Shown here: piece by piece, positions 41,663-52,131 of the stretch
Layout: each line of letters opens with the position of its first letter
Position numbering within the stretch: the first letter of the stretch is position 1
NCBI GenBank assembly: GCA_048886685.1
Contig: JBHLKM010000007.1
Location: 1 to 64,000 of the forward strand
Length of the DNA: 64,000 nt
From: Candidatus Hodarchaeota archaeon
GTDB lineage: Archaea > Asgardarchaeota > Lokiarchaeia > Sigyniarchaeales > SOKP01
Direction: 5' to 3'
Notes under the pieces: generated by a model
The model's input: the letters and a program-made list of their open reading frames with translations, nothing else
The model's database searches: none
Told to the model about the DNA's origin: nothing
Position numbers and translations under genes: made by a program

Positions 41663-42112
41663 TCAATTCTCCTTCTTCATTTCTTTAATAACTTTATCTC
41701 TGTCTTCAACTTTAAGCTCAAGTATTATTCTGCCCCATCCTCCACATTTTAATCCTATATCAAAACAACCAACTCTTTTAATTCTCATTTCATTAGGATC
41801 AACATCAGCATAGAATAGTTCTTGAGCTGCAAAAATTAATCGCTCCATCTCGCTCAATGCATAAATACAAACACGCTTAGGGTTTAATTTGGTAAGTAGA
41901 TTTCCTGGACCATCGAAGTAAAATTTATCACCAGCTTTATGTAAACTGGCACATCCATGTGAATCTACAACTTCAATTATAATCGTTTTTTGTAATAAAG
42001 CAGGGATTTTCAAAATAGCTTCTTTATTTCTAGGATTTTTCAACCAAAGTTCCATTTCTTCATCTGAGTATCCTAATTGACTTTTGATAAAGTTAAGAGT
42101 TTCTTTAGACAT
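41663..42112 (-). CDS. Cys-motif hypothetical protein (TIGR04076-like)
   Basis: GC..H..GDKF...C..AL...C.D pattern. Confidence 0.6.
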   Translation of the reverse strand: MSKETLNFIKSQLGYSDEEMELWLKNPRNKEAILKIPALLQKTIIIEVVDSHGCASLHKAGDKFYFDGPGNLLTKLNPKRVCIYALSEMERLIFAAQELFYADVDPNEMRIKRVGCFDIGLKCGGWGRIILELKVEDRDKVIKEMKKEN

Positions 42113-42239
42113 AATTATTTTTTCCCTCTATCATTTTAATTTATGTCTAATCAATGATTGCAGAACATATATTACTTTTTGATTGACTTATCAATTTAAT
42201 AAAAAAGATAAATAAATAAGAATTTCAGACTTAGTTACT

Positions 42240-43169
42240 TTAAGCCTTGATTACCTCAACCAATTTAGGAAAGATACGAGTATAATGTACAGCCATACAA
42301 TGTACGCCTGCTAACAATCCTTTTGATTTTAATTCCGTAATGAAAGGTTTGAAAAATTCATAATTTAATTGATCATATATCTCTTTTTGTTCTTTCTTAT
42401 CGGTGACATCTGTTTTAACTCTCTTCCACCTTGCTAGTATGTCTTTGGGCACATCAACACCAGGAACAAACATATCAAATCCCTTCGCAATTCCATAACT
42501 TTTCATAGGGAAGATTCCAAGAAATGCTGGTACGTTATATTTCCTTATTTCCCTTAAAAACTCAGCCGTCATATCTATATCATAAACCACTTGAGTTTGG
42601 AAGAATTCTGCTCCAGCTTCAGCTTTTCTGCCAATTTTCAATATTTCAGCTTCCATAGGATCTGCATTAGGATTGGCAGCTCCTCCTACATGAAGTTTAG
42701 GTGGGTGTTCAATTTCATGACCATTAATCGAACCTTTATCAACCATCTCCCTTACAAGTTTTATTAGTGTTGCTGAATCTAAATCAAAGACAGGTTTGGT
42801 TTCCGGACAATCACCCAATGCTGTATGGTCACCTGTAAGTGAGAGAACATTACGTAAACCTAATGCTTGAGCTCCCATAATCTGCCCTGCAATCCCAATT
42901 TTATTACAATCCCTTACTGTCAATTGCCATACACATTCTAAACCAGTTTCTGTTTGAATAATATGAGATGCTGCCATTGAATTAATAGTTACTATTGCTA
43001 AAGGACTATCGGTTACATTTGCAGCAACAACATAAGGTGCCATTTCTTTTGCTTCCTGAATTGTGTGAGAAAGATCACATGTCTTTTCTGGTTCTAACTC
43101 TCCAGTTAAAACAAATTCCCCCTTTGCTATCATTTCACCTAGTTTTGAATACGCTTTCTTTTCTGACAT
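42240..43169 (-). CDS. metF: Methylenetetrahydrofolate reductase
   Basis: ANVTD, QLTVRD.N, LSLTGD, AGAEFFQTQVVYD, GVH.M. Confidence 0.9.
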   Translation of the reverse strand: MSEKKAYSKLGEMIAKGEFVLTGELEPEKTCDLSHTIQEAKEMAPYVVAANVTDSPLAIVTINSMAASHIIQTETGLECVWQLTVRDCNKIGIAGQIMGAQALGLRNVLSLTGDHTALGDCPETKPVFDLDSATLIKLVREMVDKGSINGHEIEHPPKLHVGGAANPNADPMEAEILKIGRKAEAGAEFFQTQVVYDIDMTAEFLREIRKYNVPAFLGIFPMKSYGIAKGFDMFVPGVDVPKDILARWKRVKTDVTDKKEQKEIYDQLNYEFFKPFITELKSKGLLAGVHCMAVHYTRIFPKLVEVIKA

Positions 43170-43175
43170 TACTAA

Positions 43176-43841
43176 TTACCTCCAAACTACTTCTCGTTGA
43201 TGGCCTGATTCACTCCAATTTACAGGATCTCTTAATTTAGTAAATAAATCTAATCTTCCTAAGTCTTTTAATCGGTTAAAAATTAACACCCAACCACAAT
43301 CCTTTTCATAATCGCCAACTTCACATTTACCACGAACCATTCCACCACATGGTCCATTCATAAGTGATTTTGCACAAGTTGTAATAGGACAAATTCCACC
43401 AGTCTCATTTAATAAACAATCCCCGCATCCACGACAGCGCTGATAAAATCTACCAATTCTCTCTGTCATTCCCATAAATTCTGTATTGGTAGCAATAAAC
43501 ACAGGGATTTCTGGATGCTTTCTAGAAAGAACTTGCGTGATACTAGCTACTCCTAATCCACAACTTAATGTTAGTATTGCATCTATTTCTCCTAACTCTT
43601 CGTCTATTTTGCGAAAATCTTTCATCATAACTCTATTATCACATACTTCTTCAGGAACAATAGTTATCACAACTTCAAATCCCTCTTGCTCCAATTTCTC
43701 TGCCATTTCCTTTGCGCCTTCTGTACCACCAGTTTGACACATCGCAGCACAACTTCCACATGAGACAAGCCCGATTTTATTTACGTTCTTTAAAGCGCCT
43801 AAAACTTCTTCAAATGGTTTTTTCGTTGTTATTATTGTCAT
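43176..43841 (-). CDS. metV: MetV / MTHFR C-terminal-domain Fe-S/Zn partner subunit
   Basis: C..CA..C..GG, SCGLG, CRGCGDC, GGICP..CAKSLMNGPCGG...CE...CGW; directly upstream of metF. Confidence 0.88.
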   Translation of the reverse strand: MTIITTKKPFEEVLGALKNVNKIGLVSCGSCAAMCQTGGTEGAKEMAEKLEQEGFEVVITIVPEEVCDNRVMMKDFRKIDEELGEIDAILTLSCGLGVASITQVLSRKHPEIPVFIATNTEFMGMTERIGRFYQRCRGCGDCLLNETGGICPITTCAKSLMNGPCGGMVRGKCEVGDYEKDCGWVLIFNRLKDLGRLDLFTKLRDPVNWSESGHQREVVWR

Positions 43842-44003
43842 TTTCTAATTCAATCTATAATTTTTAATTTTTATTGTAAACTTTAATTATTGAAATTAAT
43901 CATGATATTTATTATATTAAGTTATAAAATGTAATGTTTTCGAAAAGAAAAATATTAAAAACAAAAATTTATTAAAGATGTAAAAAAAATAAAAAATTAG
44001 AAT

Positions 44004-45497
44004 TTAAAATATCCCTTCCCACACCATTCTCTCAGCCTTGAAAGGATCATCCACTAACTTTACTTCAGTGCCAAAGAACATTGTAGATCTATTTTCAAGG
44101 TCATAAGGATTCCATTTAGGAATACCCTCATGGTTAGGTGTTCCATCCCTTGCAAATGAAATCCAAGAGTTCATCATTTTTTCACTTAGAATGTCGGTTT
44201 CTTTACTTTTTTTCGGAGTAATTCCTCTTGCATTATCCCCAAATCTTCCAAAAACAAAAGCAATTTCGAGTGCATGACAAGCCCCTAATTTTCCTCCCAT
44301 TTCAGGTGATTTATATGTAAAAAGATAAGAATAAACGTTAGGTTGATGTTTACATTGAGCTTCTGCTAATCGTATACCCGAGATTCTAAACCTAAAATCT
44401 GTTGATATTGCATCTAGAATTTCCTGAGGTTCTCCTTTCCGTGTTCTTTTGTATGTCTCGATGATTTTCTTAGTTACCCTCTCATCTTGATTAAAACGAC
44501 TTATCATCCTGTGGGTTCTTTTAAATAAACCCTCTTCGTCGAGAATTTCCCTTGGAGGGGTTATAGCTGTATATAATTTCGCTTCATCCTGATTTGTACC
44601 TACTATAAGTTCCACATCAGAGGCAAAGCCATCCCGAATCGCTTCAAGCGGATGTTTTGGTAATGTGTTACTATCAATATAAATGCCATATGGAAAATTC
44701 CTACCTTTTGCACGAGCTTCCAATTCCATTTTAGTTTGGACTTCCACTATTTTTTGTGTTGGTACTTTTTTTAATGCTTCAATGTCGATTTTTTTTATGC
44801 CTAGCTCAGTCATGATATGTTCAGCTCCTCTAACTCCACGTTTTGGATTAAACCAACCAGGATGAGCCGCTCCACTTTGAGAAATTACCCGATTAAACAA
44901 TCCTTTTGCTGGAGGCATCGCCATTAAAGTAGAAACTGCTGCTCCACCAGCAGATTCACCAAAAATTGTCACATTGTTCGGATTACCCCCAAAAAGTGTG
45001 ATGTTATCTCGAACCCATCGAAGTGCTGTAATTTGATCCAATTGCCCTAGATTCGCAATTTCGTCTTGAATGAAAATATAGCCGAATATTCCAAGACGGT
45101 AATTTATTGAAACGATAACTATATTACCGAGTTTTGCTAAAATCGTTCCGTCCGTTCTTGAACCGCTGCCAAAAGAAAAACCTCCTCCATGTATCCAAAA
45201 TAAAACGGGACGCTTAGCATCATCAATTTTCGGCGTCCATACGTTTAAAGTTAAACATTTCTCTTCATCTTGTAATGGACGTGGTTGAGGCGTGAAAAAG
45301 GACTCTCTCTGGGGAACATCGGGACCGAATTTTGTACAATCGAGTACACCACTCCAAGGTTCTTTTCGGATAGAGGGTTTGAATCTCAGTCCTCCGACAG
45401 GTGGTTCTGCATATGGAATCCCCTTGAATTTTTTTATCCCCCCTCTTTCATATCCTTTAATTTTGCCCTGTTTGGTTTCAAGAATTATCTCGTTCAC
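44004..45497 (-). CDS. Type-B carboxylesterase
   Basis: GIPYAEPP, WIHGGGF, FGESAG, ISQSG, ACHALE. Confidence 0.93.
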   Translation of the reverse strand: MNEIILETKQGKIKGYERGGIKKFKGIPYAEPPVGGLRFKPSIRKEPWSGVLDCTKFGPDVPQRESFFTPQPRPLQDEEKCLTLNVWTPKIDDAKRPVLFWIHGGGFSFGSGSRTDGTILAKLGNIVIVSINYRLGIFGYIFIQDEIANLGQLDQITALRWVRDNITLFGGNPNNVTIFGESAGGAAVSTLMAMPPAKGLFNRVISQSGAAHPGWFNPKRGVRGAEHIMTELGIKKIDIEALKKVPTQKIVEVQTKMELEARAKGRNFPYGIYIDSNTLPKHPLEAIRDGFASDVELIVGTNQDEAKLYTAITPPREILDEEGLFKRTHRMISRFNQDERVTKKIIETYKRTRKGEPQEILDAISTDFRFRISGIRLAEAQCKHQPNVYSYLFTYKSPEMGGKLGACHALEIAFVFGRFGDNARGITPKKSKETDILSEKMMNSWISFARDGTPNHEGIPKWNPYDLENRSTMFFGTEVKLVDDPFKAERMVWEGIF

Positions 45498-45552
45498 TAT
45501 TAGACCATCTCTCTAAATTATCCCCTAATTTTATTTCTCATAAAATTATTAA

Positions 45553-46539
45553 TTATCTCAAAATAAATTTCTGAACGTATTGATTTACACTTTCATAAGC
45601 TTTTCTACTTTCGGGTAGTTTCTCTCCAAAATTTTGAAATACATGAGTCATGTTCTCATATACTTCAAGTTTAACCTCTACTCCATCTCTTTTTGCCCGT
45701 TCGGCTAACATGGTTGAGTTGTCTACTAATGCTTCAATTCCACCAGCCTGAATAAGTAAAGGAGGTAATCCTTTTAGATCAGCAAAAACTGGTGAAATTA
45801 AGGGATTATTAAGTGGTTCCTTCTGAGCATATAATTTTGCCATGTTTACAATTCCATCCTTATCTATTAAAGGCTCAAATTTTTTGTTTCTAATAATAGA
45901 TTCTCCGCTTCCTGTAAGATCCGCCCATGGTGACATCAAAACTGCTGCTGCGGGAAGTAGTATATTTAACTCTTTAAGCTTTAATAAAGTTGCGATTGCT
46001 AATCCGCCACCCGCTGACTCACCACCGATAATCATCTTTTTCGGGTCAAAACCTCTTGATATCAACCACTTGTATGATTCAATTGCATCTTCTAAAGCTG
46101 CTGGAAAAGGGTGTTCTGGCGCTAAACGGTATTCAATATTCAAACATCGTAAATGAGTGGCTCGCGAAAGGTGATAGGGGATTATTCGACGGCTTTTTAA
46201 ATTTCCCATGATATATCCTCCACCGAATAAATTATAAAACACTTTATCTTCGTGAGCTCCAGGAACAGAAATCCACTCTGCAGGAATGTTCCCAATTTTA
46301 AATTGTTCAATTACTACGTCTTTGGGGATACTTTTCGCCCTTTCTTCACCTAAATTGTCTGAAATATAGCGATTGAATTCTAGCATTGTTTTTGCATCCA
46401 CATTTCCAGAAGCTAAATCCCTATATGATATACCTTTTTGAGACGCAAACTCTCTACCTACCTTTCTTCTAAATTCAAAACTTTCCTCTATTAAATCACC
46501 AAGTTCCTTATGAACTTTCGAAATTTCTTGATATGCCAT
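45553..46539 (-). CDS. Hormone-sensitive-lipase-family esterase
   Basis: FGGGY (for HGGG), YRLAPEHPFPAA, GESAGG, HVFQ. Confidence 0.9.
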   Translation of the reverse strand: MAYQEISKVHKELGDLIEESFEFRRKVGREFASQKGISYRDLASGNVDAKTMLEFNRYISDNLGEERAKSIPKDVVIEQFKIGNIPAEWISVPGAHEDKVFYNLFGGGYIMGNLKSRRIIPYHLSRATHLRCLNIEYRLAPEHPFPAALEDAIESYKWLISRGFDPKKMIIGGESAGGGLAIATLLKLKELNILLPAAAVLMSPWADLTGSGESIIRNKKFEPLIDKDGIVNMAKLYAQKEPLNNPLISPVFADLKGLPPLLIQAGGIEALVDNSTMLAERAKRDGVEVKLEVYENMTHVFQNFGEKLPESRKAYESVNQYVQKFILR

Positions 46540-46720
46540 TTTTACTCACCAAATTCATTATTAATTATTAAATTATAAATTTAAAATTCATTAAATTGTT
46601 TATGCAGATTTTTAATTTTGGAGATATTTCAAAATTATTCCTATAATTGATAGAAAATAGAAATAGTAATTAGCAGATGTGTTACCAGAATAATGATTTG
46701 ATTATTGAATATAAATTAAT

Positions 46721-48535
46721 TTATTGAGTAAAAATTTCATTAATCACAGTTCTAAGAGCAGCAGGTTTATCGAGGCCCAACATCTCGCTGGTTTTGACTG
46801 ACTTATTGAGCGCTTGCCATATTTCCGAATTCTCCCGAATCGCTTCTGAAAAGCGGGTTAACTTCTGCAACGCGGGATAAGATTGGCCTTTAATTACGTA
46901 GCATGCCAAAAAGGGATCAACGGGGTTAATAAGGATTGTATTTTCTCCAATTCTGATACGGTCAATGGATTTGGAGAACAATTCAGAACTGAACGTATTA
47001 AACGCTGACATAAAAGCGCTAAAAATATCATCAACATCCCATTCACCTACAAATGTATGATTGAAGTATGTAACCCCGCTACTGTCCATAATAAGAAGCA
47101 AGATAGGTTCTTCATCTTCTATCTCAGGAGCTTCAATTACCCCCCTATCTTGTAAACGTTCAAGTACACCATCAATAGACGCTAACTTCAAGCGTTCTGC
47201 CACTGATGCTTGCGTTTTCTTAAAAGATTCCCAGAGATTTAATTCTTCCAATAATTTATCATGCTCTCTCGATATCTCGGTTGCTAATAGTTGGAGACCG
47301 TGTTCATCTGCAATTTTTTGTGCTTCAGCTAACAATCTTCTCGCTTCCACCAAATTTATTTGAACCAGAGCTAATTTCGCCTGGAAGAGTTTTACGTTAG
47401 CTAATAATGAATATGAATTTCGACGTATCGCATTTCTCTGTAAGAGATCTATAAGAGGGAAAATGTCATCCAATATTTCCATCTGATTGGTTAACTGAAA
47501 TTCTTGGAAATATATATCACATAAATTAATTAAGGCCAAGTGAATAAGACCCCCCCCTTCTTCTATAAGATTTTTTAAAATATGTTCTGCTTTGACACGA
47601 TCACGCATTCTACTGCTTGATTTCAATATTAGTGCAGTAGTTAACTGATATATATAATTTATAGCAGCAGTAGACTCATGTCTCTCGTTAAGAAGTTTAA
47701 ATTCGTCAAAATAGTGTTGCAATTCATCATTTTCTTTTTTGATAAGAAAAATGAGTATAATTACATAGTATGTCCCAGCTATCCAATATCCTTCCTCAAA
47801 TTTTTTATAGATTTCAAGACTACTTATATAATATTCTAACGCACGGTCAAAATCTCCTTTATAGTAATATATTGCTCCCATAAGACGGTAAAACTCTGCT
47901 TTCTCAAAAAGAGGTCCGTGATAATTTGACTTAGAAATTAAAGAAATGGCTTTTTCACCACATGATAGTGCGAGATTTAATTCTCCTTTGAAGAAATAGA
48001 CCCAACCCTTTAATCCCTGTACGAAAGTGAGTATAAATGAAAGTGGATCTTTTTTTTCATAATATTCTATACATTTATCAGCATATTCTAAGCTCTGATC
48101 AGGTTTTCCAAGGAAAAAGTCTCTCGTGGCATAAATAGCATCCATATCTGCTTCTATTTGTGGATAATTCAATAAATCTTCCTGATGAATTGATTTAAAA
48201 AGGCTATCAATCAGTTCATAATTCTTAACAAGTTCAACATACTCAGCAAATGTTGCAAAAACCGACCATTTGACATGAAGCGCATCAAAGGAAAAGATAG
48301 CTTTATTAAATTCTTGACTAGTTTGGTAAAGGTTTTCAGCGGTCTGAAGTGCTAATTCGAATTCTCCGAGCCAAAAAAAGAGAAAACTTTTAATCCCTTG
48401 AATATTTAATCTCTCTTCAAGTGTTAAAGCTTCTTTTTGTTCCAAATCATTTAAATATTTAACAGTTTCTTCAAATTCTCCATTATCAATTAAGGTCTTT
48501 GCTTTGATTATTTTCTCAGAAGGTAGAATAATCAT
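46721..48535 (-). CDS. TPR-repeat protein with a C-terminal longin/roadblock-like alpha/beta domain
   Basis: TPR helices (GAIYYYKGDFDRALEYY); C-terminal ILLLIMDSSG..F...FSAFMSAFNTFSSELF...IDRI domain. Confidence 0.8.
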   Translation of the reverse strand: MIILPSEKIIKAKTLIDNGEFEETVKYLNDLEQKEALTLEERLNIQGIKSFLFFWLGEFELALQTAENLYQTSQEFNKAIFSFDALHVKWSVFATFAEYVELVKNYELIDSLFKSIHQEDLLNYPQIEADMDAIYATRDFFLGKPDQSLEYADKCIEYYEKKDPLSFILTFVQGLKGWVYFFKGELNLALSCGEKAISLISKSNYHGPLFEKAEFYRLMGAIYYYKGDFDRALEYYISSLEIYKKFEEGYWIAGTYYVIILIFLIKKENDELQHYFDEFKLLNERHESTAAINYIYQLTTALILKSSSRMRDRVKAEHILKNLIEEGGGLIHLALINLCDIYFQEFQLTNQMEILDDIFPLIDLLQRNAIRRNSYSLLANVKLFQAKLALVQINLVEARRLLAEAQKIADEHGLQLLATEISREHDKLLEELNLWESFKKTQASVAERLKLASIDGVLERLQDRGVIEAPEIEDEEPILLLIMDSSGVTYFNHTFVGEWDVDDIFSAFMSAFNTFSSELFSKSIDRIRIGENTILINPVDPFLACYVIKGQSYPALQKLTRFSEAIRENSEIWQALNKSVKTSEMLGLDKPAALRTVINEIFTQ

Positions 48536-48782
48536 TGGTGTTGCAATTTATTTTCATTGAATTTAAAAAAATGGAAGTAGCTTTCCCTTTTAAGCCTTGT
48601 GTACCACAATTTCGATTCAAGATTTTTTTTTTTTTAGTTTTTCAAAGAAATTTTCATTAAAATCAGACGCTGAATTTACATTTCCATTCCAAAAGAAAGA
48701 TATTGAGCAAAGTATGTATTATCACTTAAACGTGAAGAATCAATTAAAATTATATAAGAAAATTTATATAAGAAAAAGTAGT

Positions 48783-49052
48783 TTATAAAGGAAATACTTC
48801 CTCCGCTTGCGTCTCATCAAACTCTATCTCGCGCAATTTAATCCGAATCTCGCGAGGGGTGTAGGATTTTCTTAACAGCTCCAAAATCGCATTGTTAAGA
48901 TTAGTTAAATTATCCATCGCTGCTTGACGAAAAAAATTCTGCTCGTTAAAGTTGATATTAATGATTTCGTATAAGCCGGTCAGGCACTCCCGAATATCGC
49001 GATAATTTTCCATCGCATCTTCCAATTTTTCTAATTTTTCTTCTTGACCCAT
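48783..49052 (-). CDS. Small helical hypothetical protein (89 aa)
   Basis: ATG with SD GAGGG and an A-rich leader; GC higher than flanks. Confidence 0.75.
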   Translation of the reverse strand: MGQEEKLEKLEDAMENYRDIRECLTGLYEIININFNEQNFFRQAAMDNLTNLNNAILELLRKSYTPREIRIKLREIEFDETQAEEVFPL

Positions 49053-49094
49053 CTTATTCCCTCAATTTTTTTTTGTGTTCTAATTAAATAATAT

Positions 49095-49573
49095 GATCGA
49101 TCATATTTAAATGGTGATCATTTTGGGATATTATGTTGCGTTAATCACAAAAAGTGTGATCGGTATATTCCATAATGATCATATTGAAAAGCTTTTCGTT
49201 TGGGAAATAAAAATGTCAATGCTTGTTTTTCTCGATCAAAATGCGCACTTTTCGTAGTTTTTTAGTTGGTTATTATCGATCCCGAATACTGTCGAAAAAA
49301 AATTGTCTTTTTTGATCATTTTTTCAGTTGCTCCATGACAGAAAAATTACTATCATATTAAGATAGGTGCGTTTTCGTGCCTTCATCCTTATAAATTTTT
49401 GCATGATCGTCCTGACAAAAATGCAAAATTTACTGAATAATCCGATCGTTCCCATTAAGATGGGCATTCCTTTTTCGGTCATGAATGCTAACAAAAAAAG
49501 TACAAAAGAGAAATTTTGACAGATTCCGGAAAGAAACAGTACTTTTCTTGACCGAAAGCATTTATATATGATC
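49095..49573. promoter_or_regulatory. GATC-dense divergent control region with mirrored TATA-TGATC promoters
   Basis: 11 GATC in ~480 bp; CATTTAAATATGATC (minus, 49113-49099) and CATTTATATATGATC (plus, 49559-49573). Confidence 0.6.
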
Positions 49574-49652
49574 ATTGAATTAGTATAATTGGGAAAAAAA
49601 TAATAAAAAAACAACCGAAAAAAGTTAAAAAATTAGGATGTGAGAACAGAAA

Positions 49653-49994
49653 ATGGAACCACTTCAAAAAATAGAGGAAGAAGCCCAGGCAATAACCGAC
49701 ACACAGAGGAGTCAAATTTATGAGTTTGCCCGCGAAGTCAGTAAGGACACCTTAGAGGAAGTCTGTCCAGCACTGCTCAACATAGCCATTGAATCAGAAA
49801 GGGGGTTGCTCAAAAACCAGCTAGGGAACGTGATATTCCACCTTCAAAAAAACGAGCGCATCAACACGGTCATTGGTTTACAAAAGCTCATTGATGCGGC
49901 ATTAATAGTCAATCCTGAGGCAATGTTCAAGATTTTCGAGGAATCGGATACGGATGCCCAAGCTCTCGGCAAAAAAATAAAAGCAGTATTATAA
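49653..49994 (+). CDS. Small helical hypothetical protein (113 aa) with two homologous fragments elsewhere in the window
   Basis: Strong BRE/TATA promoter; homologous remnants at 51441-51482 and 59689-59799. Confidence 0.8.
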   Translation: MEPLQKIEEEAQAITDTQRSQIYEFAREVSKDTLEEVCPALLNIAIESERGLLKNQLGNVIFHLQKNERINTVIGLQKLIDAALIVNPEAMFKIFEESDTDAQALGKKIKAVL

Positions 49995-50001
49995 TTTTTT
50001 T

Positions 50002-50399
50002 TCACTCACCTATCTTCATTATATTAAGCTCTGTTATTGCAGATTGAGATTTAAAAAAATCCATATAAATACCTCCCCAAGTAAATCCTTGAATTGAACA
50101 CCTAGGCAATTTGTATACGATCCCTTCTGGTCCTAACATCACAAAAGATACTCCTATTCTCAGAAGTCCAAGAATTAAATAGTATAGAGTAAAACCACCA
50201 GAGACTACCATACAAGTACTAAGAATAATTACCCTATATTCCGGAATAAAAATTGACAATATTATTCCAAATATTAACCCGAAAATTAATATATAGCATT
50301 TATGATATCTTCAGGAGAAGATATCATCCCAAATTCATAGTTTCCTTCTTGATAGTTATGAAATTGCAATAGGTACTCCTCTAAATTTTCTATACTCAT
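50002..50399 (-). pseudogene. Degraded membrane-protein gene
   Basis: SD plus ATG at 50399 (MSIENLEEYLL...) hits a stop after ~37 codons; hydrophobic 85-aa frame 50002-50259 continues downstream. Confidence 0.45.
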
Positions 50400-50656
50400 T
50401 TAACCCTCTATATTTATTTTATCCCATCAGATTATTATTCTATACTACTGTTATTATTTCTTCAATATTTAACATTTCTGTAAGAAAAAAATCCAATTTT
50501 ATAACTTTAATTTCTGATGGAGCTTTTTAGCCGCATTTTCGTCATTTTTGTCACTACAAAAGATTTGGGAAAGTTAGAAGTCCAAGTAAAAAATTAAAGC
50601 CCTAAAAAAATAATAATAAAATCTTTTTGTTCATATATTATTAATAGGGCATTATC

Positions 50657-51388
50657 ATGACTATAAGAAAGCTTATAAAAAATGTTTTAGAAAGAGTTAT
50701 AAAAATATTTAGTATTTTTGTACTTTATAGTTCTGTCTTAGTAGGAATCCTCGCTCCAATGTTACTTATTGTCGGAGGTTTCTTCAAATTTCTTGATCAC
50801 TTTCATTGGATTTCTTGGTTTTTTGCAGATCCAACAACTTATTCAAAAGATCTTATAGTTTGTTGGTTGAATTCAGTTTTACATTGCTCTTTTTTTTACT
50901 CAGATACCTGGGTGTATTTAAACGTAATGATATTTGTAGCGGGTCTTATTCTTTTCATTATTTCTTTGGCATGTCTAGTAATTGGAATTAGAAAGAATGC
51001 GGGGTTAGTACAAGAGAGAATATATAAACATATAAGACATCCTCAAAATTTCTCTATTATTATTATGGCTTTTCCATTATTCTTTTATCGATATGGATTT
51101 AGGTTAGGAGATTTTATCTCATGGATTCAATTTATATTCCTAATAATTATCTATTCTGATCTTGGAGATATTAAATTAAAAAAGAAGTATCCAGAAGAGT
51201 TCCAATCATACTATGAAAATACTGGTTTTTTTCTTCCCAGGATTTTCCCTTATCGAATTAGCTATTATTTCTCTGCCATCTATAACAAAAAGTATCGATA
51301 TCCATTTCTACTTCTAATTTATATCCTAACTATTTATGTACTCTATCAACTTTTTTTGATTTTACCATTTTATTGGGCAACAATATAA
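50657..51388 (+). CDS. ICMT/PEMT-family membrane methyltransferase-like protein
   Basis: IYKHIRHPQ, LKKKYPEEFQSY..NTGFF; multiple TM segments. Confidence 0.75.
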   Translation: MTIRKLIKNVLERVIKIFSIFVLYSSVLVGILAPMLLIVGGFFKFLDHFHWISWFFADPTTYSKDLIVCWLNSVLHCSFFYSDTWVYLNVMIFVAGLILFIISLACLVIGIRKNAGLVQERIYKHIRHPQNFSIIIMAFPLFFYRYGFRLGDFISWIQFIFLIIIYSDLGDIKLKKKYPEEFQSYYENTGFFLPRIFPYRISYYFSAIYNKKYRYPFLLLIYILTIYVLYQLFLILPFYWATI

Positions 51389-51440
51389 ATAAACTTCTCT
51401 TTAATGATTCATAAAGACATTGAGAATCAATGACAATCCT

Positions 51441-51494
51441 GATGCCCAGCAACTCGCCAAAAAAATAAAGGCAGTATTATAAGTTTTTTTCATT
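51441..51494 (+). repeat. Displaced diverged copy of the 3' end and terminator of the 113-aa gene (partner 49953-50006)
   Basis: gatgcccagcaactcgccaaaaaaataaaggcagtattataa versus gatgcccaagctctcggcaaaaaaataaaagcagtattataa; DAQQLAKKIKAVL* versus DAQALGKKIKAVL*. Confidence 0.85.
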
Positions 51495-51526
51495 CTTATT
51501 TTAATTCAGTCAAATTGATCGAGTTT

Positions 51527-51615
51527 ACTTTTAAGACAATCGGAATTTTAGGGTTCTTTCCCCACACGTTCTTGTTTTCCAGGATATTATTTTTCATGAG
51601 ATTTTATATCTTCTA
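51527..51615 (-). repeat. Displaced copy of the 3' end and downstream region of the flavodoxin-family gene (partner 52068-52160)
   Basis: ~90-bp direct repeat starting acttttaagacaatcggaattttagggttctttc and containing ttatttttcatgagatttt (stop and last codons). Confidence 0.9.
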
Positions 51616-51705
51616 ACTTAAGATTATAGCTGAATCCATCCCAAATATCCGGATCAAAACTATTTTAAATTAATCTATTATCTTTTACTAATAACGAACT
51701 TCTAT

Positions 51706-52059
51706 TTGTGTCTTATGTTTTTCTTAAATTCATATAGCTATCATATACCACAACAAATTCTTGGTTTTCTCATAGTTTTTGGAATCCCATTGTTGATCCT
51801 TTTTGAATTATACTTCACAAAAATACGGAAAATAAAACAGGTCAAGATAATATTTGGAGTTGTTTCGATCATTTATGGTTCAGTTATTATCATCATAGCA
51901 ATATGGGGAAATATAGAATTTACAAAATATTTAGAAAATAGGGAGTATTCTATACTAGGGCCCGATTATCGCTTTATTTTTATTTTATGTATCGGACTTT
52001 TTATAATCTTAGTCATACGTGGAATGATTTTAATTAATAAGAGCAAGTATGTTGAATAA
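51706..52059 (+). CDS. Small 3-TM membrane protein flanked by direct repeats
   Basis: 117-aa hydrophobic ORF; exact start uncertain. Confidence 0.65.
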   Translation: MCLMFFLNSYSYHIPQQILGFLIVFGIPLLILFELYFTKIRKIKQVKIIFGVVSIIYGSVIIIIAIWGNIEFTKYLENREYSILGPDYRFIFILCIGLFIILVIRGMILINKSKYVE

Positions 52060-52131
52060 AATAACCAACTTTTAAGACAATCGGAATTTTAGGGTTCTTT
52101 CTCCACACGTAAGATCTTGTTTCCCAGGATA

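Noticed and set aside
49099-49573. MITE with 15-bp terminal inverted repeats
   Set aside because: The repeats coincide with the two outward TATA boxes, do not extend, and have no target-site duplication.
49324-49614. 96-aa minus-strand ORF, plus ORFs 48597-48788, 52857-53069, 55882-56094 and 9774-9965
   Set aside because: No protein-like motifs. They overlap promoters, are antisense to a scar, or overlap the true 5' end of the response regulator.
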